DNA from: Lingula anatina
Taxonomy: Eukaryota; Animalia; Brachiopoda
Reading direction: 5' to 3'
Assembly: GCA_051362555.1 (NCBI GenBank)
Contig: JBPQGU010000016.1
Location: 3,410,001-3,474,000, forward strand
DNA length: 64,000 nt
Shown: one piece after another, positions 1-15,000 of the stretch
How positions within the stretch are numbered: position 1 is the first letter of the stretch
How the letters are laid out: every line of letters begins with the position of its first letter
The notes under the pieces: model-generated
Seen by the model: only the letters and a program-made list of their open reading frames with translations
What the model was told of the DNA's origin: nothing
Database searches by the model: none
Position numbers and translations under genes: made by a program

Positions 1-3000
1 GAGTTTTTGCTCTATTTCTTCCTTAATAATGACACAACCACTCTTCCAGCACTTTATTCTGACTACAAATGACCAAACACACCTACCAGACACTATAATG
101 AAGAAAAAAATTTTTCAACCCTACCTGGCCAAAATTGAAGAAAACTGCCATATCCGGACCTTACGAAAATCACTCAAAATCACCCAAAAATGACCCGTCA
201 CCAAATTTTCCAAAAAGTGATGAAAATCAATCTACCACACCTGTCATTCATAAAAAATGTGGAAACGCGCCCGGATCACTTCATTAAAGCCCCCAATTTC
301 AGCTTTAAAGATGGCCAAAAAGCACACCTGAGAACAGGATTTGGAGAGAGGGGGGGTGGAGAGAGTTTTTGCTCTATTTCTTCCTTAATAATGACACAAC
401 CACTCTTCCAGCACTTTATTCTGACTACAAATGACCAAACACACCTACCAGACACTATAATGAAGAAAAAAATTTTTCAACCCTACCTGGCCAAAATTGA
501 AGAAAACTGCCATATCCGGACCTTACGAAAATCACTCAAAATCACCCAAAAATGACCCGTCACCAAATTTTCCAAAAAGTGATGAAAATCAATCTACCAC
601 ACCTGTCATTCATAAAAAATGTGGAAACGCGCCCGGATCACTTCATTAAAGCCCCCAATTTCAGCTTTAAAGATGGCCAAAAAGCACACCTGAGAACAGG
701 ATTTGGAGAGAGGGGGGGTGGAGAGAGTTTTTGCTCTATTTCTTCCTTAATAATGACACAACCACTCTTCCAGCACTTTATTCTGACTACAAATGACCAA
801 ACACACCTACCAGACACTATAATGAAGAAAAAAATTTTTCAACCCTACCTGGCCAAAATTGAAGAAAACTGCCATATCCGGACCTTACGAAAATCACTCA
901 AAATCACCCAAAAATGACCCGTCACCAAATTTTCCAAAAAGTGATGAAAATCAATCTACCACACCTGTCATTCATAAAAAATGTGGAAACGCGCCCGGAT
1001 CACTTCATTAAAGCCCCCAATTTCAGCTTTAAAGATGGCCAAAAAGCACACCTGAGAACAGGATTTGGAGAGAGGGGGGGTGGAGAGAGTTTTTGCTCTA
1101 TTTCTTCCTTAATAATGACACAACCACTCTTCCAGCACTTTATTCTGACTTCAAATGACCAAACACACCTACCAGACACTATAATGAAGAAAAAAATTTT
1201 TCAACCCTACCTGGCCAAAATTGAAGAAAACTGCCATATCCGGACCTTACGAAAATCACTCAAAATCACCCAAAAATGACCCGTCACCAAATTTTCCAAA
1301 AAGTGATGAAAATCAATCTACCACACCTGTCATTCATAAAAAATGTGGAAACGCGCCCGGATCACTTCATTAAAGCCCCCAATTTCAGCTTTAAAGATGG
1401 CCAAAAAGCACACTTGAGAACAGGATTTGGAGAGAGGGGGGGTGGAGAGAGTTTTTGCTCTATTTCTTCCTTAATAATGACACAACCACTCTTCCAGCAC
1501 TTTATTCTGACTACAAATGACCAAACACACCTACCAGACACTATAATGAAGAAAAAAATTTTTCAACCCTACCTGGCCAAAATTGAAGAAAACTGCCATA
1601 TCCGGACCTTACGAAAATCACTCAAAATCACCCAAAAATGACCCGTCACCAAATTTTCCAAAAAGTGATGAAAATCAATCTACCACACCTGTCATTCATA
1701 AAAAATGTGGAAACGCGCCCGGATCACTTCATTAAAGCCCCCAATTTCAGCTTTAAAGATGGCCAAAAAGCACACCTGAGAACAGGATTTGGAGAGAGGG
1801 GGGGTGGAGAGAGTTTTTGCTCTATTTCTTCCTTAATAATGACACAACCACTCTTCCAGCACTTTATTCTGACTACAAATGACCAAACACACCTACCAGA
1901 CACTATAATGAAGAAAAAAATTTTTCAACCCTACCTGGCCAAAATTGAAGACAACTGCCATATCCGGACCTTACGAAAATCACTCAAAATCACCCAAAAA
2001 TGACCCGTCACCAAATTTTCCAAAAAGTGATGAAAATCAATCTACCACACCTGTCATTCATAAAAAATGTGGAAACCGCCCGGATCACTTCATTAAAGCC
2101 CCCAATTTCAGCTTTAAAGATGGCCAAAAAGCACACCTGAGAACAGGATTTGGAGAGAGGGGGGGTGGAGAGAGTTTTTGCTCTATTTCTTCCTTAATAA
2201 TGACACAACCACTCTTCCAGCACTTTATTCTGACTACAAATGACCAAACACACCTACCAGACACTATAATGAAGAAAAAAATTTTTCAACCCTACCTGGC
2301 CAAAATTGAAGAAAACTGCCATATCCGGACCTTACGAAAATCACTCAAAATCACCCAAAAATGACCCGTCACCAAATTTTCCAAAAAGTGATGAAAATCA
2401 ATCTACCACACCTGTCATTCATAAAAAATGTGGAAACCGCCCGGATCACTTCATTAAAGCCCCCAATTTCAGCTTTAAAGATGGCCAAAAAGCACACCTG
2501 AGAACAGGATTTGGAGAGAGGGGGGGGTGGAGAGAGTTTTTGCTCTATTTCTTCCTTAATAATGACACAACCACTCTTCCAGCACTTTATTCTGACTACA
2601 AATGACCAAACACACCTACCAGACACTATAATGAAGAAAAAAATTTTTCAACCCTACCTGGCCAAAATTGAAGAAAACTGCCATATCCGGACCTTACGAA
2701 AATCACTCAAAATCACCCAAAAATGACCCGTCACCAAATTTTCCAAAAAGTGATGAAAATCAATCTACCACACCTGTCATTCATAAAAAATGTGGAAACG
2801 CGCCCGGATCACTTCATTAAAGCCCCCAATTTCAGCTTTAAAGATGGCCAAAAAGCACACCTGAGAACAGGATTTGGAGAGAGGGGGGGTGGAGAGAGTT
2901 TTTGCTCTATTTCTTCCTTAATAATGACACAACCACTCTTCCAGCACTTTATTCTGACTACAAATGACCAAACACACCTACCAGACACTATAATGAAGAA

Positions 3001-6000
3001 AAAAATTTTTCAACCCTACCTGGCCAAAATTGAAGAAAACTGCCATATCCGGACCTTACGAAAATCACTCAAAATCACCCAAAAATGACCCGTCACCAAA
3101 TTTTCCAAAAAGTGATGAAAATCAATCTACCACACCTGTCATTCATAAAAAATGTGGAAACGCGCCCGGATCACTTCATTAAAGCCCCCAATTTCAGCTT
3201 TAAAGATGGCCAAAAAGCACACCTGAGAACAGGATTTGGAGAGAGGGGGGGTGGAGAGAGTTTTTGCTCTATTTCTTCCTTAATAATGACACAACCACTC
3301 TTCCAGCACTTTATTCTGACTACAAATGACCAAACACACCTACCAGACACTATAATGAAGAAAAAAATTTTTCAACCCTACCTGGCCAAAATTGAAGAAA
3401 ACTGCCATTTCCGGACCTTACGAAAATCACTCAAAATCACCCAAAAATGACCCGTCACCAAATTTTCCAAAAAGTGATGAAAATCAATCTACCACACCTG
3501 TCATTCATAAAAAATGTGGAAACGCGCCCGGATCACTTCATTAAAGCCCCCAATTTCAGCTTTAAAGATGGCCAAAAAGCACACCTGAGAACAGGATTTG
3601 GAGAGAGGGGGGGGGTGGAGAGAGTTTTTGCTCTATTTCTTCCTTAATAATGACACAACCACTCTTCCAGCACTTTATTCTGACTACAAATGACCAAACA
3701 CACCTACCAGACACTATAATGAAGAAAAAAATTTTTCAACCCTACCTGGCCAAAATTGAAGAAAACTGCCATATCCGGACCTTACGAAAATCACTCAAAA
3801 TCACCCAAAAATGACCCGTCACCAAGTTTTCCAAAAAGTGATGAAAATCAATCTACCACACCTGTCATTCATAAAAAATGTGGAAACGCGCCCGGATCAC
3901 TTCATTAAAGCCCCCAATTTCAGCTTTAAAGATGGCCAAAAAGCACACCTGAGAACAGGATTTGGAGAGAGGGGGGGTGGAGAGAGTTTTTGCTCTATTT
4001 CTTCCTTAATAATGACACAACCACTCTTCCAGCACTTTATTCTGACTACAAATGACCAAACACACCTACCAGACACTATAATGAAGAAAAAAATTTTTCA
4101 ACCCTACCTGGCCAAAATTGAAGAAAACTGCCATATCCGGACCTTACGAAAATCACTCAAAATCACCCAAAAATGACCCGTCACCAAATTTTCCAAAAAG
4201 TGATGAAAATCAATCTACCACACCTGTCATTCATAAAAAATGTGGAAACGCACCCAGATCACTTCATTAAAGCCCCCAATTTCAGCTTTAAAGATGGCCA
4301 AAAAGCACACCTGAGAACAGGATTTGGAGAGAGGGGGGGGTGGAGAGAGTTTTTGCTCTATTTCTTCCTTAATAATGACACAACCACTCTTCCAGCACTT
4401 TATTCTGACTACAAATGACCAAACACACCTACCAGACACTATAATGAAGAAAAAAATTTTTCAACCCTACCTGGCCAAAATTGAAGAAAACTGCCATATC
4501 CGGACCTTACGAAAATCACTCAAAATCACCCAAAAATGACCCGTCACCAAATTTTCCAAAAAGTGATGAAAATCAATCTACCACACCTGTCATTCATAAA
4601 AAATGTGGAAACGCGCCCGGATCACTTCATTAAAGCCCCCAATTTCAGCTTTAAAGATGGCCAAAAAGCACACCTGAGAACAGGATTTGGAGAGAGGGGG
4701 GGTGGAGAGAGTTTTTGCTCTATTTCTTCCTTAATAATGACACAACCACTCTTCCAGCACTTTATTCTGACTACAAATGACCAAACACACCTACCAGACA
4801 CTATAATGAAGAAAAAAATTTTTCAACCCTACCTGGCCAAAATTGAAGAAAACTGCCATATCCGAACCTTACGAAAATCACTCAAAATCACCCAAAAATG
4901 ACCCGTCACCAAATTTTCCAAAAAGTGATGAAAATCAATCTACCACACCTGTCATTCATAAAAAATGTGGAAACGCGCCCGGATCACTTCATTAAAAATT
5001 TTTCAACCCTACCTGGCCAAAATTGAAGAAAACTGCCATATCCGGACCTTACGAAAATCACTCAAAATCACCCAAAAATGACCCGTCACCAAGTTTTCCA
5101 AAAAGTGATGAAAATCAATCTACCACACCTGTCATTCATAAAAAATGTGGAAACGCGCCCGGATCACTTCATTAAAGCCCCCAATTTCAGCTTTAAAGAT
5201 GGCCAAAAAGCACACCTGAGAACAGGATTTGGAGAGAGGGGGGGTGGAGAGAGTTTTTGCTCTATTTCTTCCTTAATAATGACACAACCACTCTTCCAGC
5301 ACTTTATTCTGACTACAAATGACCAAACACACCTACCAGACACTATAATGAAGAAAAAAATTTTTCAACCCTACCTGGCCAAAATTGAAGAAAACTGCCA
5401 TATCCGGACCTTACGAAAATCACTCAAAATCACCCAAAAATGACCCGTCACCAAATTTTCCAAAAAGTGATGAAAATCAATCTACCACACCTGTCATTCA
5501 TAAAAAATGTGGAAACGCGCCCGGATCACTTCATTAAAGCCCCCAATTTCAGCTTTAAAGATGGCCAAAAAGCACACCTGAGAACAGGATTTGGAGAGAG
5601 GGGGGGGGTGGAGAGAGTTTTTGCTCTATTTCTTCCTTAATAATGACACAACCACTCTTCCAGCACTTTATTCTGACTACAAATGACCAAACACACCTAC
5701 CAGACACTATAATGAAGAAAAAAATTTTTCAACCCTACCTGGCCAAAATTGAAGAAAACTGCCATATCCGGACCTTACGAAAATCACTCAAAATCACCCA
5801 AAAATGACCCATCACCAAGTTTTCCAAAAAGTGATGAAAATCAATCTACCACACCTGTCATTCATAAAAAATGTGGAAACGCGCCCGGATCACTTCATTA
5901 AAGCCCCCAATTTCAGCTTTAAAGATGGCCAAAAAGCACACCTGAGAACAGGATTTGGAGAGAGGGGGGGGTGGAGAGAGTTTTTGCTCTATTTCTTCCT

Positions 6001-9000
6001 TAATAATGACACAACCACTCTTCCAGCACTTTATTCTGACTACAAATGACCAAACACACCTACCAGACACTATAATGAAGAAAAAAATTTTTCAACCCTA
6101 CCTGGCCAAAATTGAAGAAAACTGCCACATCCGGACCTTACGAAAATCACTCAAAATCACCCAAAAATGACCCGTCACCAAATTTTCCAAAAAGTGATGA
6201 AAATCAATCTACCACACCTGTCATTCATAAAAAACGTGGAAACGCGCCCGGATCACTTCATTAAAGCCCCCAATTTCAGCTTTAAAGATGGCCAAAAAGC
6301 ACACCTGAGAACAGGATTTGGAGAGAGGGGGGGTGGAGAGAGTTTTTGCTCTATTTCTTCCTTAATAATGACACAACCACTCTTCCAGCACTTTATTCTG
6401 ACTACAAATGACCAAACACACCTAACAGACACTATAATGAAGAAAAAAATTTTTCAACCCTACCTGGCCAAAATTGAAGAAAACTGCCATATCCGGACCT
6501 TACAAAAATCACTCAAAATCACCCAAAAATGACCCGTCACCAAATTTTCCAAAAAGTGATGAAAATCAATCTACCACACCTGTCATTCATAAAAAACGTG
6601 GAAACGCGCCCGGATCACTTCATTAAAGCCCCCAATTTCAGCTTTAAAGATGGCCAAAAAGCACACCTGAGAACAGGATTTGGAGAGAGGGGGGGTGGAG
6701 AGAGTTTTTGCTCTATTTCTTCCTTAATAATGACACAACCACTCTTCCAGCACTTTATTCTGACTACAAATGACCAAACACACCTAACAGACACTATAAT
6801 GAAGAAAAAAATTTTTCAACCCTACCTGGCCAAAATTGAAGAAAACTGCCATATCCGGACCTTACAAAAATCACTCAAAATCACCCAAAAATGACCCGTC
6901 ACCAAATTTTCCAAAAAGTGATGAAAATCAATCTACCACACCTGTCATTCATAAAAAATGTGGAAACGCGCCCGGATCACTTCATTAAAGCCCCCAATTT
7001 CAGCTTTAAAGATGGCCAAAAAGCACACCTGAGAACAGGATTTGGAGAGAGGGGGGGTGGAGAGAGTTTTTGCTCTATTTCTTCCTTAATAATGACACAA
7101 CCACTCTTCCAGCACTTTATTCTGACTACAAATGACCAAACACACCTACCAGACACTATAATGAAGAAAAAAATTTTTCAACCCTACCTGGCCAAAATTG
7201 AAGAAAACTGCCATATCCGGACCTTACGAAAATCACTCAAAATCACCCAAAAATGACCCGTCACCAAATTTTCCAAAAAGTGATGAAAATCAATCTACCA
7301 CACCTGTCATTCATAAAAAAATGTGGAAACGCGCCCGGATCACTTCATTAAAGCCCCCAATTTCAGCTTTAAAGATGGCCAAAAAGCACACCTGAGAACA
7401 GGATTTGGAGAGAGGGGGGGTGGAGAGAGTTTTTGCTCTATTTCTTCCTTAATAATGACACAACCACTCTTCCAGCACTTTATTCTGACTACAAATGACC
7501 AAACACACCTACCAGACACTATAATGAAGAAAAAAATTTTTCAACCCTACCTGGCCAAAATTGAAGAAAACTGCCATATCCGGACCTTACGAAAATCACT
7601 CAAAATCACCCAAAAATGACCCGTCACCAAATTTTCCAAAAAGTGATGAAAATCAATATACCACACCTGTCATTCATAAAAAATGTGGAAACGCGCCCGG
7701 ATCACTTCATTAAAGCCCCCAATTTCAGCTTTAAAGATGGCCAAAAAGCACACCTGAGAACAGGATTTGGAGAGAGGGGGGGTGGAGAGAGTTTTTGCTC
7801 TATTTCTTCCTTAATAATGACACAACCACTCTTCCAGCACTTTATTCTGACTACAAATGACCAAACACTCCTACCAGACACTATAATGAAGAAAAAAATT
7901 TTTCAACCCTACCTGGCCAAAATTGAAGAAAACTGCCATATCCGGACGTTACGAAAATCACTCAAAATCACCCAAAAATGACCCGTCACCAAATTTTCCA
8001 AAAAGTGATGAAAATCAATCTACCACACCTGTCATTCATAAAAAATGTGGAAACGCGCCCGGATCACTTCATTAAAGCCCCCAATTTCAGCTTTAAAGAT
8101 GGCCAAAAAGCACACCTGAGAACAGGATTTGGAGAGAGGGGGGGTGGAGAGAGTTTTTGCTCTATTTCTTCCTTAATAATGACACAACCACTCTTCCAGC
8201 ACTTTATTCTGACTACAAATGACCAAACACACCTACCAGACACTATAATGAAGAAAAAAATTTTTCAACCCTACCTGGCCAAAATTGAAGAAAACTGCCA
8301 TATCCGGACCTTACGAAAATCACTCAAAATCACCCAAAAATGACCCGTCACCAAATTTTCCAAAAAGTGATGAAAATCAATCTACCACACCTGTCATTCA
8401 TAAAAAATGTGGAAACGCGCCCGGATCACTTCATTAAAGCCCCCAATTTCAGCTTTAAAGATGGCCAAAAAGCACACCTGAGAACAGGATTTGGAGAGAG
8501 GGGGGGTGGAGAGAGTTTTTGCTCTATTTCTTCCTTAATAATGACACAACCACTCTTCCAGCACTTTATTCTGACTACAAATGACCAAACACACCTACCA
8601 GACACTATAATGAAGAAAAAAATTTTTCAACCCTACCTGGCCAAAATTGAAGAAAACTGCCATATCCGGACCTTACGAAAATCACTCAAAATCACCCAAA
8701 AATGACCCGTCACCAAATTTTCCAAAAAGTGATGAAAATCAATCTACCACACCTGTCATTCATAAAAAATGTGGAAACGCGCCCGGATCACTTCATTAAA
8801 GCCCCCAATTTCAGCTTTAAAGATGGCCAAAAAGCACACCTGAGAACAGGATTTGGAGAGAGGGGGGGTGGAGAGAGTTTTTGCTCTATTTCTTCCTTAA
8901 TAATGACACAACCACTCTTCCAGCACTTTATTCTGACTACAAATGACCAAACACACCTACCAGACACTATAATGAAGAAAAAAATTTTTCAACCCTACCT

Positions 9001-12000
9001 GGCCAAAATTGAAGAAAACTGCCATATCCGGACCTTACGAAAATCACTCAAAATCACCCAAAAATGACCCGTCACCAAATTTTCCAAAAAGTGATGAAAA
9101 TCAATCTACCACACCTGTCATTCATAAAAAATGTGGAAACGCGCCCGGATCACTTCATTAAAGCCCCCAATTTCAGCTTTAAAGATGGCCAAAAAGCACA
9201 CCTGAGAACAGGATTTGGAGAGAGGGGGGGTGGAGAGAGTTTTTGCTCTATTTCTTCCTTAATAATGACACAACCACTCTTCCAGCACTTTATTCTGACT
9301 ACAAATGACCAAACACACCTACCAGACACTATAATGAAGAAAAAAATTTTTCAACCCTACCTGGCCAAAATTGAAGAAAACTGCCATATCCGGACCTTAC
9401 GAAAATCACTCAAAATCACCCAAAAATGACCCGTCACCAAATTTTCCAAAAAGTGATGAAAATCAATCTACCACACCTGTCATTCATAAAAAATGTGGAA
9501 ACGCGCCCGGATCACTTCATTAAAGCCCCCAATTTCAGCTTTAAAGATGGCCAAAAAGCACACCTGAGAACAGGATTTGGAGAGAGAGGGGGTGGAGAGA
9601 GTTTTTGCTCTATTTCTTCCTTAATAATGACACAACCACTCTTCCAGCACTTTATTCTGACTACAAATGACCAAACACACCTACCAGACACTATAATGAA
9701 GAAAAAAATTTTTCAACCCTACCTGGCCAAAATTGAAGAAAACTGCCATATCCGGACCTTACGAAAATCACTCAAAATCACCCAAAAATGACCCGTCACC
9801 AAATTTTCCAAAAAGTGATGAAAATCAATCTACCACACCTGTCATTCATAAAAAATGTGGAAACGCGCCCGGATCACTTCATTAAAGCCCCCAATTTCAG
9901 CTTTAAAGATGGCCAAAAAGCACACCTGAGAACAGGATTTGGAGAGAGGGGGGGTGGAGAGAGTTTTTGCTCTATTTCTTCCTTAATAATGACACAACCA
10001 CTCTTCCAGCACTTTATTCTGACTACAAATGACCAAACACACCTACCAGACACTATAATGAAGAAAAAAATTTTTCAACCCTACCTGGCCAAAATTGAAG
10101 ACAACTGCCATATCCGGACCTTACGAAAATCACTCAAAATCACCCAAAAATGACCCGTCACCAAATTTTCCAAAAAGTGATGAAAATCAATCTACCACAC
10201 CTGTCATTCATAAAAAATGTGGAAACCGCCCGGATCACTTCATTAAAGCCCCCAATTTCAGCTTTAAAGATGGCCAAAAAGCACACCTGAGAACAGGATT
10301 TGGAGAGAGGGGGGGGGTGGAGAGAGTTTTTGCTCTATTTCTTCCTTAATAATGACACAACCACTCTTCCAGCACTTTATTCTGACTACAAATGACCAAA
10401 CACACCTACCAGACACTATAATGAAGAAAAAAATTTTTCAACCCTACCTGGCCAAAATTGAAGAAAACTGCCATATCCGGACCTTACGAAAATCACTCAA
10501 AATCACCCAAAAATGACCCGTCACCAAATTTTCCAAAAAGTGATGAAAATCAATCTACCACACCTGTCATTCATAAAAAATGTGGAAACGCGCCCGGATC
10601 ACTTCATTAAAGCCCCCAATTTCAGCTTTAAAGATGGCCAAAAAGCACACCTGAGAACAGGATTTGGAGAGAGGGGGGGTGGAGAGAGTTTTTGCTCTAT
10701 TTCTTCCTTAATAATGACACAACCACTCTTCCAGCACTTTATTCTGACTACAAATGACCAAACACACCTACCAGACACTATAATGAAGAAAAAAATTTTT
10801 CAACCCTACCTGGCCAAAATTGAAGAAAACTGCCATATCCGGACCTTACGAAAATCACTCAAAATCACCCAAAAATGACCCGTCACCAAATTTTCCAAAA
10901 AGTGATGAAAATCAATCTACCACACCTGTCATTCATAAAAAATGTGGAAACGCGCCCGGATCACTTCATTAAAGCCCCCAATTTCAGCTTTAAAGATGGC
11001 CAAAAAGCACACCTGAGAACAGGATTTGGAGAGAGGGGGGGTGGAGAGAGTTTTTGCTCTATTTCTTCCTTTATAATGACACAACCACTCTTCCAGCACT
11101 TTATTCTGACTACAAATGACCAAACACACCTACCAGACACTATAATGAAGAAAAAAATTTTTCAACCCTACCTGGCCAAAATTGAAGAAAACTGCCATAT
11201 CCGGACCTTACGAAAATCACTCAAAATCACCCAAAAATGACCCGTCACCAAATTTTCCAAAAAGTGATGAAAATCAATCTACCACACCTGTCATTCATAA
11301 AAAATGTGGAAACGCGCCCGGATCACTTCATTAAAGCCCCCAATTTCAGCTTTAAAGATGGCCAAAAAGCACACCTGAGAACAGGATTTGGAGAGAGGGG
11401 GGGTGGAGAGAGTTTTTGCTCTATTTCTTCCTTAATAATGACACAACCACTCTTCCAGCACTTTATTCTGACTACAAATGACCAAACACACCTACCAGAC
11501 ACTATAATGAAGAAAAAAATTTTTCAACCCTACCTGGCCAAAATTGAAGAAAACTGCCATATCCGGACCTTACGAAAATCACTCAAAATCACCCAAAAAT
11601 GACCCGTCACCAAATTTTCCAAAAAGTGATGAAAATCAATCTACCACACCTGTCATTCATAAAAAATGTGGAAACGCGCCCGGATCACTTCATTAAAGCC
11701 CCCAATTTCAGCTTTAAAGATGGCCAAAAAGCACACCTGAGAACAGGATTTGGAGAGAGGGGGGGTGGAGAGAGTTTTTGCTCTATTTCTTCCTTAATAA
11801 TGACACAACCACTCTTCCAGCACTTTATTCTGACTACAAATGACCAAACACACCTACCAGACACTATAATGAAGAAAAAAATTTTTCAACCCTACCTGGC
11901 CAAAATTGAAGAAAACTGCCATATCCGGACCTTACGAAAATCACTCAAAATCACCCAAAAATGACCCGTCACCAAATTTTCCAAAAAGTGATGAAAATCA

Positions 12001-15000
12001 ATCTACCACACCTGTCATTCATAAAAAATGTGGAAACGCGCCCGGATCACTTCATTAAAGCCCCCAATTTCAGCTTTAAAGATGGCCAAAAAGCACACCT
12101 GAGAACAGGATTTGGAGAGAGGGGGGGTGGAGAGAGTTTTTGCTCTATTTCTTCCTTAATAATGACACAACCACTCTTCCAGCACTTTATTCTGACTACA
12201 AATGACCAAACACACCTACCAGACACTATAATGAAGAAAAAAATTTTTCAACCCTACCTGGCCAAAATTGAAGACAACTGCCATATCCGGACCTTACGAA
12301 AATCACTCAAAATCACCCAAAAATGACCCGTCACCAAATTTTCCAAAAAGTGATGAAAATCAATCTACCACACCTGTCATTCATAAAAAATGTGGAAACC
12401 GCCCGGATCACTTCATTAAAGCCCCCAATTTCAGCTTTAAAGATGGCCAAAAAGCACACCTGAGAACAGGATTTGGAGAGAGGGGGGGGGTGGAGAGAGT
12501 TTTTGCTCTATTTCTTCCTTAATAATGACACAACCACTCTTCCAGCACTTTATTCTGACTACAAATGACCAAACACACCTACCAGACACTATAATGAAGA
12601 AAAAAATTTTTCAACCCTACCTGGCCAAAATTGAAGAAAACTGCCATATCCGGACCTTACGAAAATCACTCAAAATCACCCAAAAATGACCCGTCACCAA
12701 ATTTTCCAAAAAGTGATGAAAATCAATCTACCACACCTGTCATTCATAAAAAATGTGGAAACGCGCCCGGATCACTTCATTAAAGCCCCCAATTTCAGCT
12801 TTAAAGATGGCCAAAAAGCACACCTGAGAACAGGATTTGGAGAGAGGGGGGGTGGAGAGAGTTTTTGCTCTATTTCTTCCTTTATAATGACACAACCACT
12901 CTTCCAGCACTTTATTCTGACTACAAATGACCAAACACACCTACCAGACACTATAATGAAGAAAAAAATTTTTCAACCCTACCTGGCCAAAATTGAAGAA
13001 AACTGCCATATCCGGACCTTACGAAAATCACTCAAAATCACCCAAAAATGACCCGTCACCAAATTTTCCAAAAAGTGATGAAAATCAATCTACCACACCT
13101 GTCATTCATAAAAAATGTGGAAACGCGCCCGGATCACTTCATTAAAGCCCCCAATTTCAGCTTTAAAGATGGCCAAAAAGCACACCTGAGAACAGGATTT
13201 GGAGAGAGGGGGGGTGGAGAGAGTTTTTGCTCTATTTCTTCCTTAATAATGACACAACCACTCTTCCAGCACTTTATTCTGACTACAAATGACCAAACAC
13301 ACCTACCAGACACTATAATGAAGAAAAAAATTTTTCAACCCTACCTGGCCAAAATTGAAGAAAACTGCCATATCCGGACCTTACGAAAATCACTCAAAAT
13401 CACCCAAAAATGACCCGTCACCAAATTTTCCAAAAAGTGATGAAAATCAATCTACCACACCTGTCATTCATAAAAAATGTGGAAACGCGCCCGGATCACT
13501 TCATTAAAGCCCCCAATTTCAGCTTTAAAGATGGCCAAAAAGCACACCTGAGAACAGGATTTGGAGAGAGGGGGGGTGGAGAGAGTTTTTGCTCTATTTC
13601 TTCCTTAATAATGACACAACCACTCTTCCAGCACTTTATTCTGACTACAAATGACCAAACACACCTACCAGACACTATAATGAAGAAAAAAATTTTTCAA
13701 CCCTACCTGGCCAAAATTGAAGAAAACTGCCATATCCGGACCTTACGAAAATCACTCAAAATCACCCAAAAATGACCCGTCACCAAATTTTCCAAAAAGT
13801 GATGAAAATCAATCTACCACACCTGTCATTCATAAAAAATGTGGAAACGCGCCCGGATCACTTCATTAAAGCCCCCAATTTCAGCTTTAAAGATGGCCAA
13901 AAAGCACACCTGAGAACAGGATTTGGAGAGAGGGGGGGTGGAGAGAGTTTTTGCTCTATTTCTTCCTTAATAATGACACAACCACTCTTCCAGCACTTTA
14001 TTCTGACTACAAATGACCAAACACACCTACCAGACACTATAATGAAGAAAAAAATTTTTCAACCCTACCTGGCCAAAATTGAAGACAACTGCCATATCCG
14101 GACCTTACGAAAATCACTCAAAATCACCCAAAAATGACCCATCACCAAATTTTCCAAAAAGTGATGAAAATCAATCTACCACACCTGTCATTCATAAAAA
14201 ATGTGGAAACGCGCCCGGATCACTTCATTAAAGCCCCCAATTTCAGCTTTAAAGATGGCCAAAAAGCACACCTGAGAACAGAATTTGGAGAGAGGTGGGG
14301 TGGAGAGAGTTTTTGCTCTATTTCTTCCTTAATAATGACACAACCACTCTTCCAGCACTTTATTCTGACTACAAATGACCAAACACACCTACCAGACACT
14401 ATAATGAAGAAAAAAATTTTTCAACCCTACCTGGCCAAAATTGAAGAAAACTGCCATATCCGGACCTTACGAAAATCACTCAAAATCACCCAAAAATGAC
14501 CCGTCACCAAATTTTCCAAAAAGTGATAAAAATCAATCTACCACACCTGTCATTCATAAAAAATGTGGAAACGCGCCCGGATCACTTCATTAAAGCCCCC
14601 AATTTCAGCTTTAAAGATGGCCAAAAAGCACACCTGAGAACAGGATTTGGAGAGAGGGGGGGTGGAGAGAGTTTTTGCTCTATTTCTTCCTTAATAATGA
14701 CACAACCACTCTTCCAGCACTTTATTCTGACTACAAATGACCAAACACACCTACCAGACACTATAATGAAGAAAAAAATTTTTCAACCCTACCTGGCCAA
14801 AATTGAAGAAAACTGCCATATCCGGACCTTACGAAAATCACTCAAAATCACCCAAAAATGACCCGTCACCAAATTTTCCAAAAAGTGATGAAAATCAATC
14901 TACCACACCTGTCATTCATAAAAAATGTGGAAACGCGCCCGGATCACTTCATTAAAGCCCCCAATTTCAGCTTTAAAGATGGCCAAAAAGCACACCTGAG

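Noticed and set aside
244-275. CENP-B box-like TGGAAACG
   Set aside because: Lacks the required TTCG and CGGG core positions and spacing.
343-365. G-quadruplex at the G7-G9 tract
   Set aside because: Only one long G-run per monomer, not four G3 runs; length variation may partly be sequencing error.
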